From positions 124,001 to 188,000 of IMG/VR virus record IMGVR_UViG_3300017963_000192: a DNA stretch of 64,000 nt. One strand, written 5' to 3'. The notes beneath the pieces were generated by a model. That model worked only from the letters and a program-made list of their open reading frames with translations. It made no database searches and had not been told where the DNA came from. Positions within the stretch are counted from its first letter, which is position 1. Each line of letters begins with the position of its first letter. Below, one piece after another: positions 35,763 to 46,398 of this stretch. Made by a program: the position numbers and the translations under genes.

Positions 35763-38700
35763 ATGAATAAGAATGTTTTCAAAACAGCATTTCAAGAGTT
35801 TATATTCGTTAGAACTTATTCTAGATGGTTAGATAAAGAAAACAGAAGAGAGACTTGGGAAGAAGCAGTAGATCGTTATTGTACATATATGAAAGAAAAG
35901 CATGGAGATAAAATATCAGATAAAGAATATAAGGATGTGCATGATTCCATTTTAAATATGGAAGTAATGCCATCAATGAGAGCTATGTGGGTTGCAGGGA
36001 AAGCTTTAGACATTGAAAACTTTTCTGGTTACAATTGTTTGGGAGAAGATACTGAATTTGTTACAGATAAGGGTGTCAAATCTTTCAGAGATTTTAAAGA
36101 CGGTGATAAGATTGTTGTTTTAACTCATAAAAACAATTGGAAGAAAGCTGTAGTTAAAAACTTCGGAAAGCAGAAACTAAACAAGATTACGTATGGTCTT
36201 GGAGGAAGAGGATTAGACAACATTGTCTATGCTACAGAGGATCACAGGTGGTTTTTGAATGATTCTGAAGAAGTTGTTACAGAAATAAAAGAAAAAGATA
36301 ATCTTTTAAAAAGTTGTTACAGAAAAACTTTTGATTTTGATTCTGCAACTCCAGAAGAAAAAACATATTGGTGTTATGGTTTTGTTTATGGAGATGGGAC
36401 TAAAATAAAAAGAAATGGAGAATATAAGCATAGTTTGGTAAGATTATTAGGTGATAAAAAAATATATTTAAATCGTTTTGAAGAAGTTGGTTTTAAAACG
36501 TCTGTGTCGGACAGTATAGATGGGGGTTGTTATGCTTATACTGGAGAATATTTAAAAACGTTACCTAAAATTGAAAAAGAGCCTTTGGGGAAAATAGAGG
36601 CTTTTGTAGACGGTCTTCTTTGTGCAGATGGAGGTAGAAAATATGTAAAAGACAATTTCTATTTTTGCAACATTCAGCAATCTGGAGAGGAGGGTATTAG
36701 TTTTATAAGAAAAGCTTTTCCTATGTGTGGTTATTTTATTGTTAGAGAGGATGATTATACTGGTGAGACTACTAATTATGGAGAAAGAAATAAAACAATA
36801 AGATTTTCTTTTAACAATCCTTACGCTACAGAGTACAATTCGTTGTATACTGTAAGAAAAATTGATGTTAGTTATAAAGAAGAGGATGTTTGGTGTCTTG
36901 TTGTTGAAGATGATAAAAGTTTTGTTTTGAAGAATGGATTAGTCACAGGAAATTGTGCTTTTACAACAATACAAAATCTAAAGGATTTTGCTGAAATACT
37001 TTATATTTTAATGAATGGTACTGGTGTTGGTTTTTCTGTAGAAAGAAAGTTTGTTAATAACCTTCCTTTAATACAGGAAGTAAATACCAACGAGGCAAAA
37101 GAAATGATAACCTTTGCAGATAGTAAATTGGGGTGGGCTAAAGGTTATGAAAAAGTTTTGAATTGTTTATGGAACGGAATTGACTTTGAGTGTGATTACA
37201 GCAAGATTCGACCAAGGGGTTCTCGATTAAAAACATTTGGTGGACGAGCTTGTCTTACAGGCAATACTGTTGTATACAAAGATAGGAAGAAAAGTAGAGG
37301 TTGCAACGAGATTACTATTAAAGATCTTTATGATATGAAGGTTTCAGGTAAAAGAAAACATTTTTCTGAAAGCAATCAACCTGGACCATCCCATTTTAAT
37401 AAGGTAAAATTGCGTTCTTTAGACGAAGAATCTGGAGTATTTTTTAGAAATCAATTAATAGATGTTGTTGACAATGGTGTTGCTCCTATATTTGAAATAG
37501 TAACTGAAAGTGGTTATAAAATCAAAGCAACTTCTAATCACAGATTTATGAAAGATACAGGAGAATGGTGTTATGTATCTGATTTTTCAAACGGAGATTT
37601 GATTGCTATTAATGGTTCTAAAGAAAAGAAGACAGGTGTTTGCATTGATTGTGGTATATTTGTTAGTAGGAGAGCTATAAGATGCAGATCTTGTGCCAAT
37701 AAAAATCAACAAAAAAATGATTGTTTGCCCACAACTGTTAGACAAAGAAAAGAATGTCAAAAAGATAAAAAAGATTTTTGTGAATTGTGTAAACACAATG
37801 GTTCAGTTAGTAAACTTCAAGTTCACCACAAAGACGGAAATCCTTATAACAATAAAAAAGAGAACAAGCAAACTTTATGTGAAAAATGCCACAGAAAAGA
37901 AGATGCTAGACGAACTACTTTTGGTAATCCTTACTCTCATAGATATTTATCTTATGATAAAATAGTTTCTGTTGACTATGTAGGTAAAGAGCAGGTTTAT
38001 GATTTGGTTATGGAGGCTCCTAACCATAATTTCGTAGCTAACGGGTTTGTTTCACACAACAGTGGTCCAGAACCTCTTAAAAATCTTGTTGATTTCACCA
38101 CAGATATAGTTGAACAAAATAGGGGTTATAGAATTCAACCTATAGACGCACACGATATTTGCTGTAAAATAGCAGAAATTGTTGTGGTTGGAGGAACTCG
38201 CAGAAGTGCTTTGTTAAGTTTATCTGATTTAACTGATAATCAAATGGCTCACGCTAAATCTGGAGAATTTTGGAATACAGCACCACAAAGGTCAATGTCA
38301 AATAACAGCGTTTCTTATACAAGAAAACCTGATATGGTTTCATTTTTGGATGAATGGAAAAATCTTTATAAGTCAAAGAGTGGGGAACGAGGGTTTTTTA
38401 ATAGAGTTGCTACTCAAAAAAAAGCTAGTGAGAATGATAGGAGAGATGGTTCTAAAGTTATTGGAACTAATCCTTCATTGAGAAAAGGAACAAAAATAAT
38501 AACAACGGATGGTCTTTTAAACATAGAAGATTTAGAAGGTAAAGAATTTGATATTATTAATCTTAATGGAAAAGTGAGTAAAGCTAAATGTTGGTTATCT
38601 GGTAAAAGCAAAAAATTATACCGAGTTAAATTTGTTGGAGGACACGAATATTATTGTACTGCTGAACACAAGTGGCCTGTTTATGAAGATGGTGAATATT

Positions 38701-41573
38701 TTAAAAAAGAAACCACAGAAATTTTTTCTAATGACTGGATTGCTGTAAATAAAAACGATGCTTTACCTTTTGGGAATCAAGGTAATTACTATGATGGTTT
38801 TTTTATTGGATGGATTTATGGAGATGGTGCTGTAGGTAATAGATCTACTGGTGAAAGAATCACTTCTTTATGTGTTTCTGAAGAAGCATTTAAAATGGGT
38901 ATTGGAGATATTCTTTTAGAAAAGTTGCATATGATAACAGGCGGAAAGCAAAAGTGGATTGATAGAACAGTCGATAAATCAACTTATGAAATGACTATTA
39001 CCAATAAAAAATTAGATGATTATCTTGATTCTTTTGAAGTTAAAAGGAAAGAACACGGTTTACCAAAATTTATTTTTAATAAAGCTAGTGAAGATTTTAG
39101 GAAAGGTTTTCTTGATGGTATTTTATCGAGTGATGGACATATTGAACAATCAACAAAAAATTCATATAGGTTAACCTTTATATCGAGTCATAAAAAAATA
39201 GCAGAGGACATATCAACTCTTTTTGGTATGTATGGTATAAAAAATTCTATTATGTTTAAACAAACTACAGCATCTTTTCCTAACGGAAGAGATTATGATA
39301 GGTTATATAATAGATATACTGTTCGTGTCTCAGATATTCATTCGATGCAACATTTATCTAGTTTACTTTCTTTAAAAAACACTAAAAATGATGAGAGATT
39401 AAGTAGTGTTCAAAACATAGAACCTCGTCATACAATAAACAAAAATAATATTAAAGTTATTAGTGTTGAAGAGACAGATTTGTTTGAAGATGTTTGGGAT
39501 GTTTCTGTTTTTGATGATACTCATTGTTTTCAATTAACTCAATGTGTTACTGGAAACTGTGGCGAAGTCCTCCTTCGGGACAAATCTCTCTGCAATTTAA
39601 CAGAAGTTGTTATTAAGCCAGAAGATAATTTTGATTCTCTTAAAAGAAAGATAAAAATAGCAACTATGCTAGGTACGTGGCAAGCAGCACTTACAAATTT
39701 TAAATTTGGTAGTAAAAAATGGAAAGAGAATTGTGACGAAGAAGCATTGTTAGGAGTATCCTTGACTGGTGCTAGAGATCACAAAATATTGGGAACAGTA
39801 AATGATACTGCAAAGAAATGGATAGCGGATTTAAAGCACATAGCTATTGCGACCAATAAGAAAATTGCACCAAAGATTGGAATTAATAGAGCCGCCGCAA
39901 TTACCTGTATAAAACCATCTGGATGTTTGTCTGTAGATTCTTTAATTACTACAAACGAAGGTATTTTAGAATTACAAGAAATAGGAGATGTTGTTGGAGA
40001 TGCTTGGCAAGATCATAAAATTTATGTTGAGCAAGAGAATTCCGCAGAACTATCAACTAAATTTCATGTTAATGGAGAAAGTCCTACTAAACTTATTCAT
40101 ATGAGTTCAGGAGTTGTGTTGGAATCTACTTTAAATCACAAATTTAGGGTTATGGAAAAAGGCGAGTATGTTTGGAAAGAGGCGAGGGATATAATAAACG
40201 GGGATTGTCTTCCTTATAAAATTGGGGGGTATGCGGGAGGTTCTTACCAAGAGTTAACAAAAGTTTCTCCTCCGTATTGTAATGTTAAAGAAATATTACA
40301 ACCAGAGAAATTAGAAGAAGATTTAGCATACGTTCTTGGACTGTATGCTGGAGATGGTAGTACTCATAAAAAAGGCATACGTATAGCAGGACATATTGAT
40401 AAGAAAGAAAGTTTGTATAAAGCATCAGAAATTATTAAAAGATTTTTTAATATAGATTGTATTATTTATGAAAGAACATCTGGAAATAATGCTGATTTGT
40501 ATGCAAATTCTACTTTTTTATTATCTTTTTTAAGAGCTAATGATTTAGTTAAAAATAAAACAGAACATGTTGAGATTCCATTGGTTATTAGAAAATCTCC
40601 TGCTTCAGTAATAAAAGCATTTGTAGACGGTTTGTTTGATGCAGATGGTTGTGAGTCTTCTAGTGGATACAAAATATTATGTACTGTGTCTGAAAAGTTA
40701 GCAAAACAACTACCTGTAGTTTTAAGATGTCTTGGATATGCTTGTTCTTGTAAATTAATGCCTCCAACGAAATCTTCATTAGGTAATAGGATGAGGTATA
40801 GAATTACAATTGTGAGAGGAAGAGATGGGGAATACAACAAAAGTGGTCTTGGAAAATACTATAAAATGTTGGATGATTTCAATATGAAAAATTTCATACC
40901 AGATATTGTTGAGTATGTTGAAGATAGTCATAGTAACACAGCAGATTTGGAAGTTCCTAATAATAATACATATATTGCCAATTCTTATGTTAGTCATAAT
41001 ACTGTATCCTTATTAGTTGATTGTTCACCAGGGGCACATACTCGGCAAACAAGCACGGGATATTATATAAGGAGAGTTAGAATATCAGCTACTGACCCAC
41101 TATGTTCATTGTTAAGGGAACAAGGTATTCCAGCACTTCCAGAAGTTGGGCAATCAAAAGATAATTGCAGTACATTTGTTTTAGAATTCCCTTGCAAAGC
41201 ACCAAAAGGGGCTAAAACAAAATATGGAGAAACAGCAAAAGAACAATTAGAATATTGGAAGATGTATAGAGATTTTTATTGTGAACACAACCCATCAATA
41301 ACAATTTCTGTTAAAGAGGATGAGTGGTTAGATACAGCAGCGTGGGTTTATAAAAATTTTGATAATATTGGAGGATTGACTTTTTTGCCATCTAGCGATC
41401 ATGTATATCAACTAGCTCCTTATGAGGATATTGATAGAGAAGAATATGAAAAAAGATTAAAAGATTTTCCTAAAAATATAGATTTTAGTGTATTATCAAA
41501 ATATGAAAAAGAAGATGCAACGGAAGGTGCTAGAGAGTTTGCTTGTTCTGGAGACAAGTGCGAATTAGTCTAA
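35763..41573 (+). CDS. nrdJ: class II (B12-dependent) ribonucleotide reductase with four inteins; about 640 aa spliced
   Basis: RTYSRW..ETW, MPSMR, YN/CAF, GTGVGFS, VVVGGTRRSA, TNP/CGE, KPSG/TVS, EHNPSIT, C-terminal CSGDKC. Confidence 0.95.
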   Translation: MNKNVFKTAFQEFIFVRTYSRWLDKENRRETWEEAVDRYCTYMKEKHGDKISDKEYKDVHDSILNMEVMPSMRAMWVAGKALDIENFSGYNCLGEDTEFVTDKGVKSFRDFKDGDKIVVLTHKNNWKKAVVKNFGKQKLNKITYGLGGRGLDNIVYATEDHRWFLNDSEEVVTEIKEKDNLLKSCYRKTFDFDSATPEEKTYWCYGFVYGDGTKIKRNGEYKHSLVRLLGDKKIYLNRFEEVGFKTSVSDSIDGGCYAYTGEYLKTLPKIEKEPLGKIEAFVDGLLCADGGRKYVKDNFYFCNIQQSGEEGISFIRKAFPMCGYFIVREDDYTGETTNYGERNKTIRFSFNNPYATEYNSLYTVRKIDVSYKEEDVWCLVVEDDKSFVLKNGLVTGNCAFTTIQNLKDFAEILYILMNGTGVGFSVERKFVNNLPLIQEVNTNEAKEMITFADSKLGWAKGYEKVLNCLWNGIDFECDYSKIRPRGSRLKTFGGRACLTGNTVVYKDRKKSRGCNEITIKDLYDMKVSGKRKHFSESNQPGPSHFNKVKLRSLDEESGVFFRNQLIDVVDNGVAPIFEIVTESGYKIKATSNHRFMKDTGEWCYVSDFSNGDLIAINGSKEKKTGVCIDCGIFVSRRAIRCRSCANKNQQKNDCLPTTVRQRKECQKDKKDFCELCKHNGSVSKLQVHHKDGNPYNNKKENKQTLCEKCHRKEDARRTTFGNPYSHRYLSYDKIVSVDYVGKEQVYDLVMEAPNHNFVANGFVSHNSGPEPLKNLVDFTTDIVEQNRGYRIQPIDAHDICCKIAEIVVVGGTRRSALLSLSDLTDNQMAHAKSGEFWNTAPQRSMSNNSVSYTRKPDMVSFLDEWKNLYKSKSGERGFFNRVATQKKASENDRRDGSKVIGTNPSLRKGTKIITTDGLLNIEDLEGKEFDIINLNGKVSKAKCWLSGKSKKLYRVKFVGGHEYYCTAEHKWPVYEDGEYFKKETTEIFSNDWIAVNKNDALPFGNQGNYYDGFFIGWIYGDGAVGNRSTGERITSLCVSEEAFKMGIGDILLEKLHMITGGKQKWIDRTVDKSTYEMTITNKKLDDYLDSFEVKRKEHGLPKFIFNKASEDFRKGFLDGILSSDGHIEQSTKNSYRLTFISSHKKIAEDISTLFGMYGIKNSIMFKQTTASFPNGRDYDRLYNRYTVRVSDIHSMQHLSSLLSLKNTKNDERLSSVQNIEPRHTINKNNIKVISVEETDLFEDVWDVSVFDDTHCFQLTQCVTGNCGEVLLRDKSLCNLTEVVIKPEDNFDSLKRKIKIATMLGTWQAALTNFKFGSKKWKENCDEEALLGVSLTGARDHKILGTVNDTAKKWIADLKHIAIATNKKIAPKIGINRAAAITCIKPSGCLSVDSLITTNEGILELQEIGDVVGDAWQDHKIYVEQENSAELSTKFHVNGESPTKLIHMSSGVVLESTLNHKFRVMEKGEYVWKEARDIINGDCLPYKIGGYAGGSYQELTKVSPPYCNVKEILQPEKLEEDLAYVLGLYAGDGSTHKKGIRIAGHIDKKESLYKASEIIKRFFNIDCIIYERTSGNNADLYANSTFLLSFLRANDLVKNKTEHVEIPLVIRKSPASVIKAFVDGLFDADGCESSSGYKILCTVSEKLAKQLPVVLRCLGYACSCKLMPPTKSSLGNRMRYRITIVRGRDGEYNKSGLGKYYKMLDDFNMKNFIPDIVEYVEDSHSNTADLEVPNNNTYIANSYVSHNTVSLLVDCSPGAHTRQTSTGYYIRRVRISATDPLCSLLREQGIPALPEVGQSKDNCSTFVLEFPCKAPKGAKTKYGETAKEQLEYWKMYRDFYCEHNPSITISVKEDEWLDTAAWVYKNFDNIGGLTFLPSSDHVYQLAPYEDIDREEYEKRLKDFPKNIDFSVLSKYEKEDATEGAREFACSGDKCELV
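36036..36953 (+). mobile_element. intein 1 in nrdJ (306 aa, LAGLIDADG)
   Basis: CLGEDT..ATEDHRW..GLLCADG..VTGN|C. Confidence 0.9.
37251..38060 (+). mobile_element. intein 2 in nrdJ (270 aa, HNH)
   Basis: CLTGNT..ATSNHRF..VHHKDGNPYNN..LCEKCH..VSHN|S. Confidence 0.9.
38475..39557 (+). mobile_element. intein 3 in nrdJ (361 aa, LAGLIDADG, Ser1)
   Basis: SLRKGT..CTAEHKW..GILSSDG..VTGN|C. Confidence 0.9.
39924..41000 (+). mobile_element. intein 4 in nrdJ (359 aa, LAGLIDADG)
   Basis: CLSVDS..STLNHKF..GLFDADG..VSHN|T. Confidence 0.9.
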
Positions 41574-41585
41574 AGGAGAATTAAT

Positions 41586-42266
41586 ATGAAACAATTATTG
41601 GATTTAACTAATGTTTCTACTAAAAGATGTTTTATAGTTGGAGAACTTAATGGTAATTATGATATTCTTATGAGGATGTTGTATGAACAAAGATTCTCTC
41701 ACAACGATACTCTTATTGTTACTGGTGATTTTTTTAATGTAGATTATATTAAATCGATAGATGCTACTGTCTTTTTAAGGAATTCTATGAATTGTTATTC
41801 TGTAAAGGGTAGCAAAGAAATCAGGCTATTGGAAAATCTGGAAAATCAAGACAAAGTTGAAGATGTTCATAACAAATTACAGGGAAAACTGAAAGAGCCA
41901 TTAGTTGAATTCATAAAAGAACTCCCTTTAATAATTAAGATTAGGGATTATTATATCATTAATGCTGGTGTTGATCCCTCAAAAACATTAGATGAACAGG
42001 ATTTGGAGGTGTTTTATAGTATAGGAGAGTATGATAAAGATAGTCGTTTCTATCAATATCCTAATCCAGAGGGATCTTCTTGGTATAATACACCATATTT
42101 AGTAGAGGGAAAGCATGTTAAGATATGTTTCAGTAAGATTTATCTAGATGATATTGAAGTTCCGGCAGGATATAATTTAGGCACTAATTCTCAAGTTCAG
42201 CCATTACTGAGGACTTTAATTCTTGATAAAACACAAGAAATTCCAGTTATTATTAAGACAAAGTAG
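41586..42266 (+). CDS. degenerate metallophosphoesterase (Ser/Thr phosphatase-like)
   Basis: VGELNG, TGDFFN, VKGSKE, INAG align with GDxHG, GDxxD, GNHE, HAG. Confidence 0.7.
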   Translation: MKQLLDLTNVSTKRCFIVGELNGNYDILMRMLYEQRFSHNDTLIVTGDFFNVDYIKSIDATVFLRNSMNCYSVKGSKEIRLLENLENQDKVEDVHNKLQGKLKEPLVEFIKELPLIIKIRDYYIINAGVDPSKTLDEQDLEVFYSIGEYDKDSRFYQYPNPEGSSWYNTPYLVEGKHVKICFSKIYLDDIEVPAGYNLGTNSQVQPLLRTLILDKTQEIPVIIKTK

Positions 42267-42329
42267 ACTTAACATTTAAGAAATAATTCTTATATTTTAT
42301 TTGTATAATGAATTAGGAGGACTTTTAGA

Positions 42330-42779
42330 ATGAATAGAAAAAATTGGAACAGTTCAGATATGGAATATATTGTACCATTATACAGAATGGCTATGTCAAG
42401 AGTTCCTAATGAGAAAATAGCAGATTGGTTGGCTGTAAATGGAATGAGATATTCAAATCAACTAGTTAAAAGGACTTTGAGGATGGCTGCAAGGGAAGAT
42501 TTAATAGATTATCTCATCAAGGAAGAAGAAATAAACCTTGGTGATGATATTAAATCAAGAATGACTGCAAGGATAGGAAAGGTTATAGGTATTAGACCAG
42601 ATGGTGATACTATTGAAGTTAAATGGGAAACGGGTGGAAGACAACTTCTATCAAAAGAAAGCGTTTTCAAATTAAGGACTAAAGAAATTGTTGAAACTAA
42701 AGACTTTTCAAAAGTTTGTACTCCAAAGGATGACACATATAAGAAAATGGAAGAACAAAATATTTACCCAAAAGGATAA
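42330..42779 (+). CDS. hypothetical protein with SH3-like domain
   Basis: AGGAGG RBS; INLGD..IGKVIG..IEVKW. Confidence 0.6.
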   Translation: MNRKNWNSSDMEYIVPLYRMAMSRVPNEKIADWLAVNGMRYSNQLVKRTLRMAAREDLIDYLIKEEEINLGDDIKSRMTARIGKVIGIRPDGDTIEVKWETGGRQLLSKESVFKLRTKEIVETKDFSKVCTPKDDTYKKMEEQNIYPKG

Positions 42780-43115
42780 AAATAATGAGACCTGATTTAA
42801 AGGATATGCAAAGTGCTGAAATTTATAGAAGGCTTGATGAAAGATTAAAAAAGAAAAAAGAAAAAGAGATTAAAGAATCTCAAGATACTCAATCAAAAGA
42901 AAATGAAGATTAAACCTATTAAAATTTAAAGGAGATATATGATATGGAAAGATTAGATGAAAACAGCACTAAATTTAAGGTTCAGAAACTTATTGAAGGT
43001 ATGATAACGAGAGTTTTCAATGGTTCTGTTCCAGAAACTACATTAATCCCCGTTGTGGAGGAAATTGACAAACTCTATAAAGAGGGGAAAGAAAATATAA
43101 CATAAGAACATAGGA

Positions 43116-44051
43116 ATGAGCATATTAGATTATCAGCACGACACATTGTCTCCAAGAATTTGGAGATCAACTGGAGAGTTACGACAAGGTGTTCAGGAAT
43201 TTATATTTGATTCTTTAAAAGCTTTTTTTGAGCATGAAGATATTACTGGTTGGGAAGAGTTTGTTAAAAGAATCTACATAGGTAGCAGTCTCGCTACCTA
43301 TTTTTATACTGAAACATCTGATTTAGATGTTAAAGTCATAGTAGATGTTGATTCATTCAGAGAAAACAATAAAAGAATGGAAAGTCTCTTTGATGATGAT
43401 ATCTTAGAATACTTGATAGATGCTGGACGAAAGAGTTACTGGTTAACCGCTATGGTTCCAGGGACTTTACATGTCCTAGACTTTTATTTTTATTCTACAA
43501 CTGAAGCTAAAGAAATAAACCTATTAAAATATGATAGTCTATATGATGTTATTGAAAACAAGTGGATAAAAGAACCTAAAAAATTAATAGGAGGGTTATC
43601 TCCTATTGCTGTTTTAAATTTTGCTAAAGAAAAAGCACAGCCATATCTAGATAGTCTAACTTTAAACATAGCTAAAACAAAGAGAGACACTATTGATTTA
43701 ATGGTCCTCATAGATTATCTAAAAACTTTGGATGGTGATGATTTAAGTAGTTATGCAATGGCTGTTGTAGAAAGTTTAGATGTGGTTAACAATGATATTG
43801 AAGAATTAATTGAAGATCGTGATATCATAAGGAATTTAAGACACACGACTTTTGAAAAGAAAGAACTACGTTCAGAATTAGAAAAAATAATGGGTTCAAT
43901 TAACTACTCAGATGAGAATCTTATTTTTAAAGTTCTTCAGCGTTATGGTTATATGAGAATTTTATCGGAGATAAAAGAATTATTTAGAGATAAGCACATA
44001 TCTCTAGAAGAAATACCTGAACTTGCAGAAATTTTAAACATAAGGGAGTAA
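43116..44051 (+). CDS. Pol-beta-superfamily nucleotidyltransferase-like protein
   Basis: IYIGSSLATYFYTETSDLDVKV (hGS..DxD). Confidence 0.7.
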   Translation: MSILDYQHDTLSPRIWRSTGELRQGVQEFIFDSLKAFFEHEDITGWEEFVKRIYIGSSLATYFYTETSDLDVKVIVDVDSFRENNKRMESLFDDDILEYLIDAGRKSYWLTAMVPGTLHVLDFYFYSTTEAKEINLLKYDSLYDVIENKWIKEPKKLIGGLSPIAVLNFAKEKAQPYLDSLTLNIAKTKRDTIDLMVLIDYLKTLDGDDLSSYAMAVVESLDVVNNDIEELIEDRDIIRNLRHTTFEKKELRSELEKIMGSINYSDENLIFKVLQRYGYMRILSEIKELFRDKHISLEEIPELAEILNIRE

Positions 44052-44052
44052 C

Positions 44053-45333
44053 ATGGAAAAGCAAGCAGGGAAAATTCTAGATTTCTTTAAATCTTTTTTT
44101 AGTAACAAGATTGAAGATATTGGTACGGAGCCTTCTTTGACAGAAGAAGAACAAGCCAAAGAAAAAGAACTTGAAGTAGAAACCACTCAGGAAAAGATAG
44201 ACGAAAGGGAAGAGCAAGGAATTCCAGAAGAACAACCCCCAATAGATAACGAAGTTTTAATTGATGATATTGAAGAAGAAACAGGAGAAGTTGAAAAACA
44301 TCCTTATAAGATAATCTTACCTCCAGAACTAGAAGCACGATTAGGTGATCCCGCAGTAGATCACTCATATTCAGCTTTAAAATATTTAGAGAGTCTCGGA
44401 TACAAGACGTTTCGTTTTGTTGTAAATCCAGCATCTTCTCACAAATCCGATATTTGTGATGAGATAGCGAAAAAGAATCCTTGGGAACTTACACCACATC
44501 TACAAAATGCTGTAGCAGAGGCCAATGCAAAAGGATATCCTGTTGCTCCGATATTTTTTTTGACTCATGTCAACTCTTGGGGTTATTTGTGGGTACATGC
44601 ACCTACAAGTATTGACCAGATTCCTAATAATGCCCCTGGAATTCATATGTATGATGACCAAGAAGATATTGATTATGATAAGGATCAATTATTAACTTTT
44701 TTGGAGGATGTTATTGTTGATAGATATACGTTAGCACCAGACATGTTTGAAACGATTACACCAGTAGGTGAACTACACAAAGAACTGTTTGAAGAGGAAG
44801 GTCCCTTTAGTTTTGAAACAGTTGAACCTACTGGAGAAAAAAGTACAAGGTTTTTTTCCAATAAAAATAAAGTAAAATATGGGGAATATAATAATGACGA
44901 AACAGTTAAGCATTCTGGAGATGTTCCAACAAGATGTTTTTCCAATAATGACATAATAAAAAAATCTGATTCTAATTGGATAGAATCAGTTAAGCCTATT
45001 AAAACTAGGAAGAACACATTTATAAGAAACGAAATAGGATTGGTTCAACTTATTCCTAAAGGCAGTATAGGAATTCAGATTGGTATTTATAATGATATTG
45101 CTAAAATATTCTTTTCTGATTTAGAAAGAGCGATATTAGTACCTAAAAATAGTGTAAAAATTGTAGAATTAAAAGAATCTGATAAAAATGAAGTTGACAG
45201 AGGAATGTTTGTGTCTATAGATGGAGACTTAGCATTGGCAATGGGAATGATGGATGAGAATCTTCTTGTCTATGAGCCAGAATATGAAGATTATGTAGGT
45301 ACAGATGAATGGCGGCTATTAGAGATCGTTTAA
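44053..45333 (+). CDS. hypothetical protein, possible degenerate MuF-like region
   Basis: MEKQAG start; SDICDEIA..PIFFLTHVNS resembles the MuF C..C..HPNC region. Confidence 0.45.
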   Translation: MEKQAGKILDFFKSFFSNKIEDIGTEPSLTEEEQAKEKELEVETTQEKIDEREEQGIPEEQPPIDNEVLIDDIEEETGEVEKHPYKIILPPELEARLGDPAVDHSYSALKYLESLGYKTFRFVVNPASSHKSDICDEIAKKNPWELTPHLQNAVAEANAKGYPVAPIFFLTHVNSWGYLWVHAPTSIDQIPNNAPGIHMYDDQEDIDYDKDQLLTFLEDVIVDRYTLAPDMFETITPVGELHKELFEEEGPFSFETVEPTGEKSTRFFSNKNKVKYGEYNNDETVKHSGDVPTRCFSNNDIIKKSDSNWIESVKPIKTRKNTFIRNEIGLVQLIPKGSIGIQIGIYNDIAKIFFSDLERAILVPKNSVKIVELKESDKNEVDRGMFVSIDGDLALAMGMMDENLLVYEPEYEDYVGTDEWRLLEIV

Positions 45334-45475
45334 GAAAGATACTCGAACAGGATTTAATATTAGAATTTAAAGATCACAACGCCCTAGAAAACCAAGAGAA
45401 ATGGAACGCCACCCTAAAAATTATTAAAACCAAAATTGAAAGTGTTATAGACAAGATAGAAGATGTTTATAAATC

Positions 45476-46063
45476 TCAATGAAACTTTGAATTGAACGAA
45501 GCTATTGTCATAATTAAATCCTCATTGTCAATGAATTCTTCCAAAGAAGATAAGTTTTGATGTGTTGATCCTTTTCTAACATATTCTTTTATTTGCAACA
45601 TTTGATTTATCCTTGTAAAAGGATTATTGCAAGTTTTGTGCATATAAAGAAGATCTCCTAACCGTTTTCTTTTTAGCAATTTAATTATTGTATTTAAGAA
45701 TGTTGAGTCTGGGAATGGCGGGGTATAAATATAATACCCTCCGTTCGGTATTCTTTTTAGTAATTTATATTTTTCAAGACGTTTTATACGGTATTCTTGA
45801 GATGTTTCGGTAGTACCTAATGCCTCTGATAGAAAGTTTAAACTAGGATTACATATAGGATTTTTATGTTTCCTTACTTGAATGTCTGATAAATCTTTTA
45901 AAATATAATAAGTTTCTTTATCCTGGGCAGATAAAACTTTATATCCGAATCTAATATACATTATGGGATTAACGGGATTACCAATATTAAGTTCTTCGAG
46001 AACAGTATCAATCCTAGATTGCCCACCATTTGATGTAATCAAATACCAATCTTTATCTTTCAT
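45476..46063 (-). CDS. winged-HTH protein (paralog 2 of 20704-21294)
   Basis: GYKVLSAQDKETYYILK, PSLNFLSEALGT, PFPDSTFLNTI..KRKRL match paralog 1. Confidence 0.75.
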   Translation of the reverse strand: MKDKDWYLITSNGGQSRIDTVLEELNIGNPVNPIMYIRFGYKVLSAQDKETYYILKDLSDIQVRKHKNPICNPSLNFLSEALGTTETSQEYRIKRLEKYKLLKRIPNGGYYIYTPPFPDSTFLNTIIKLLKRKRLGDLLYMHKTCNNPFTRINQMLQIKEYVRKGSTHQNLSSLEEFIDNEDLIMTIASFNSKFH

Positions 46064-46207
46064 GCCATAGTGTTGTATGTTATTTTATTTTGTAAGAAAA
46101 ACCTAATATCTTTTTAATGCAGAAATAAAGCAACAAAAATTTTTAAAATTAATATTTTTTTATTGTATTTTATTTTGTTTAATATATTGTTGTCACATAC
46201 AATATGA

Positions 46208-46396
46208 TTGGAGGATATGAAATTAATGGGAAGAAAGAAAATAAATCCTGCGAGCAAGGCGGTAGTTGCTTCTTTTTCAGTAAGCCCACAACATGTTAAG
46301 ATGATAGATGCCCTTGTAAAAAAAGAGAAGAAAGGTAAGTCAGTTTTAATTCAGAATTTAATAGAAAAAGAATACACCAAAAAAATAGGTAAATAG
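46208..46396 (+). CDS. ribbon-helix-helix regulator (start probably the ATG near 46217)
   Basis: SFSVSP..MIDALV..KSVLIQNLIE; GGAGG RBS. Confidence 0.6.
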   Translation: MEDMKLMGRKKINPASKAVVASFSVSPQHVKMIDALVKKEKKGKSVLIQNLIEKEYTKKIGK

Positions 46397-46398
46397 CA

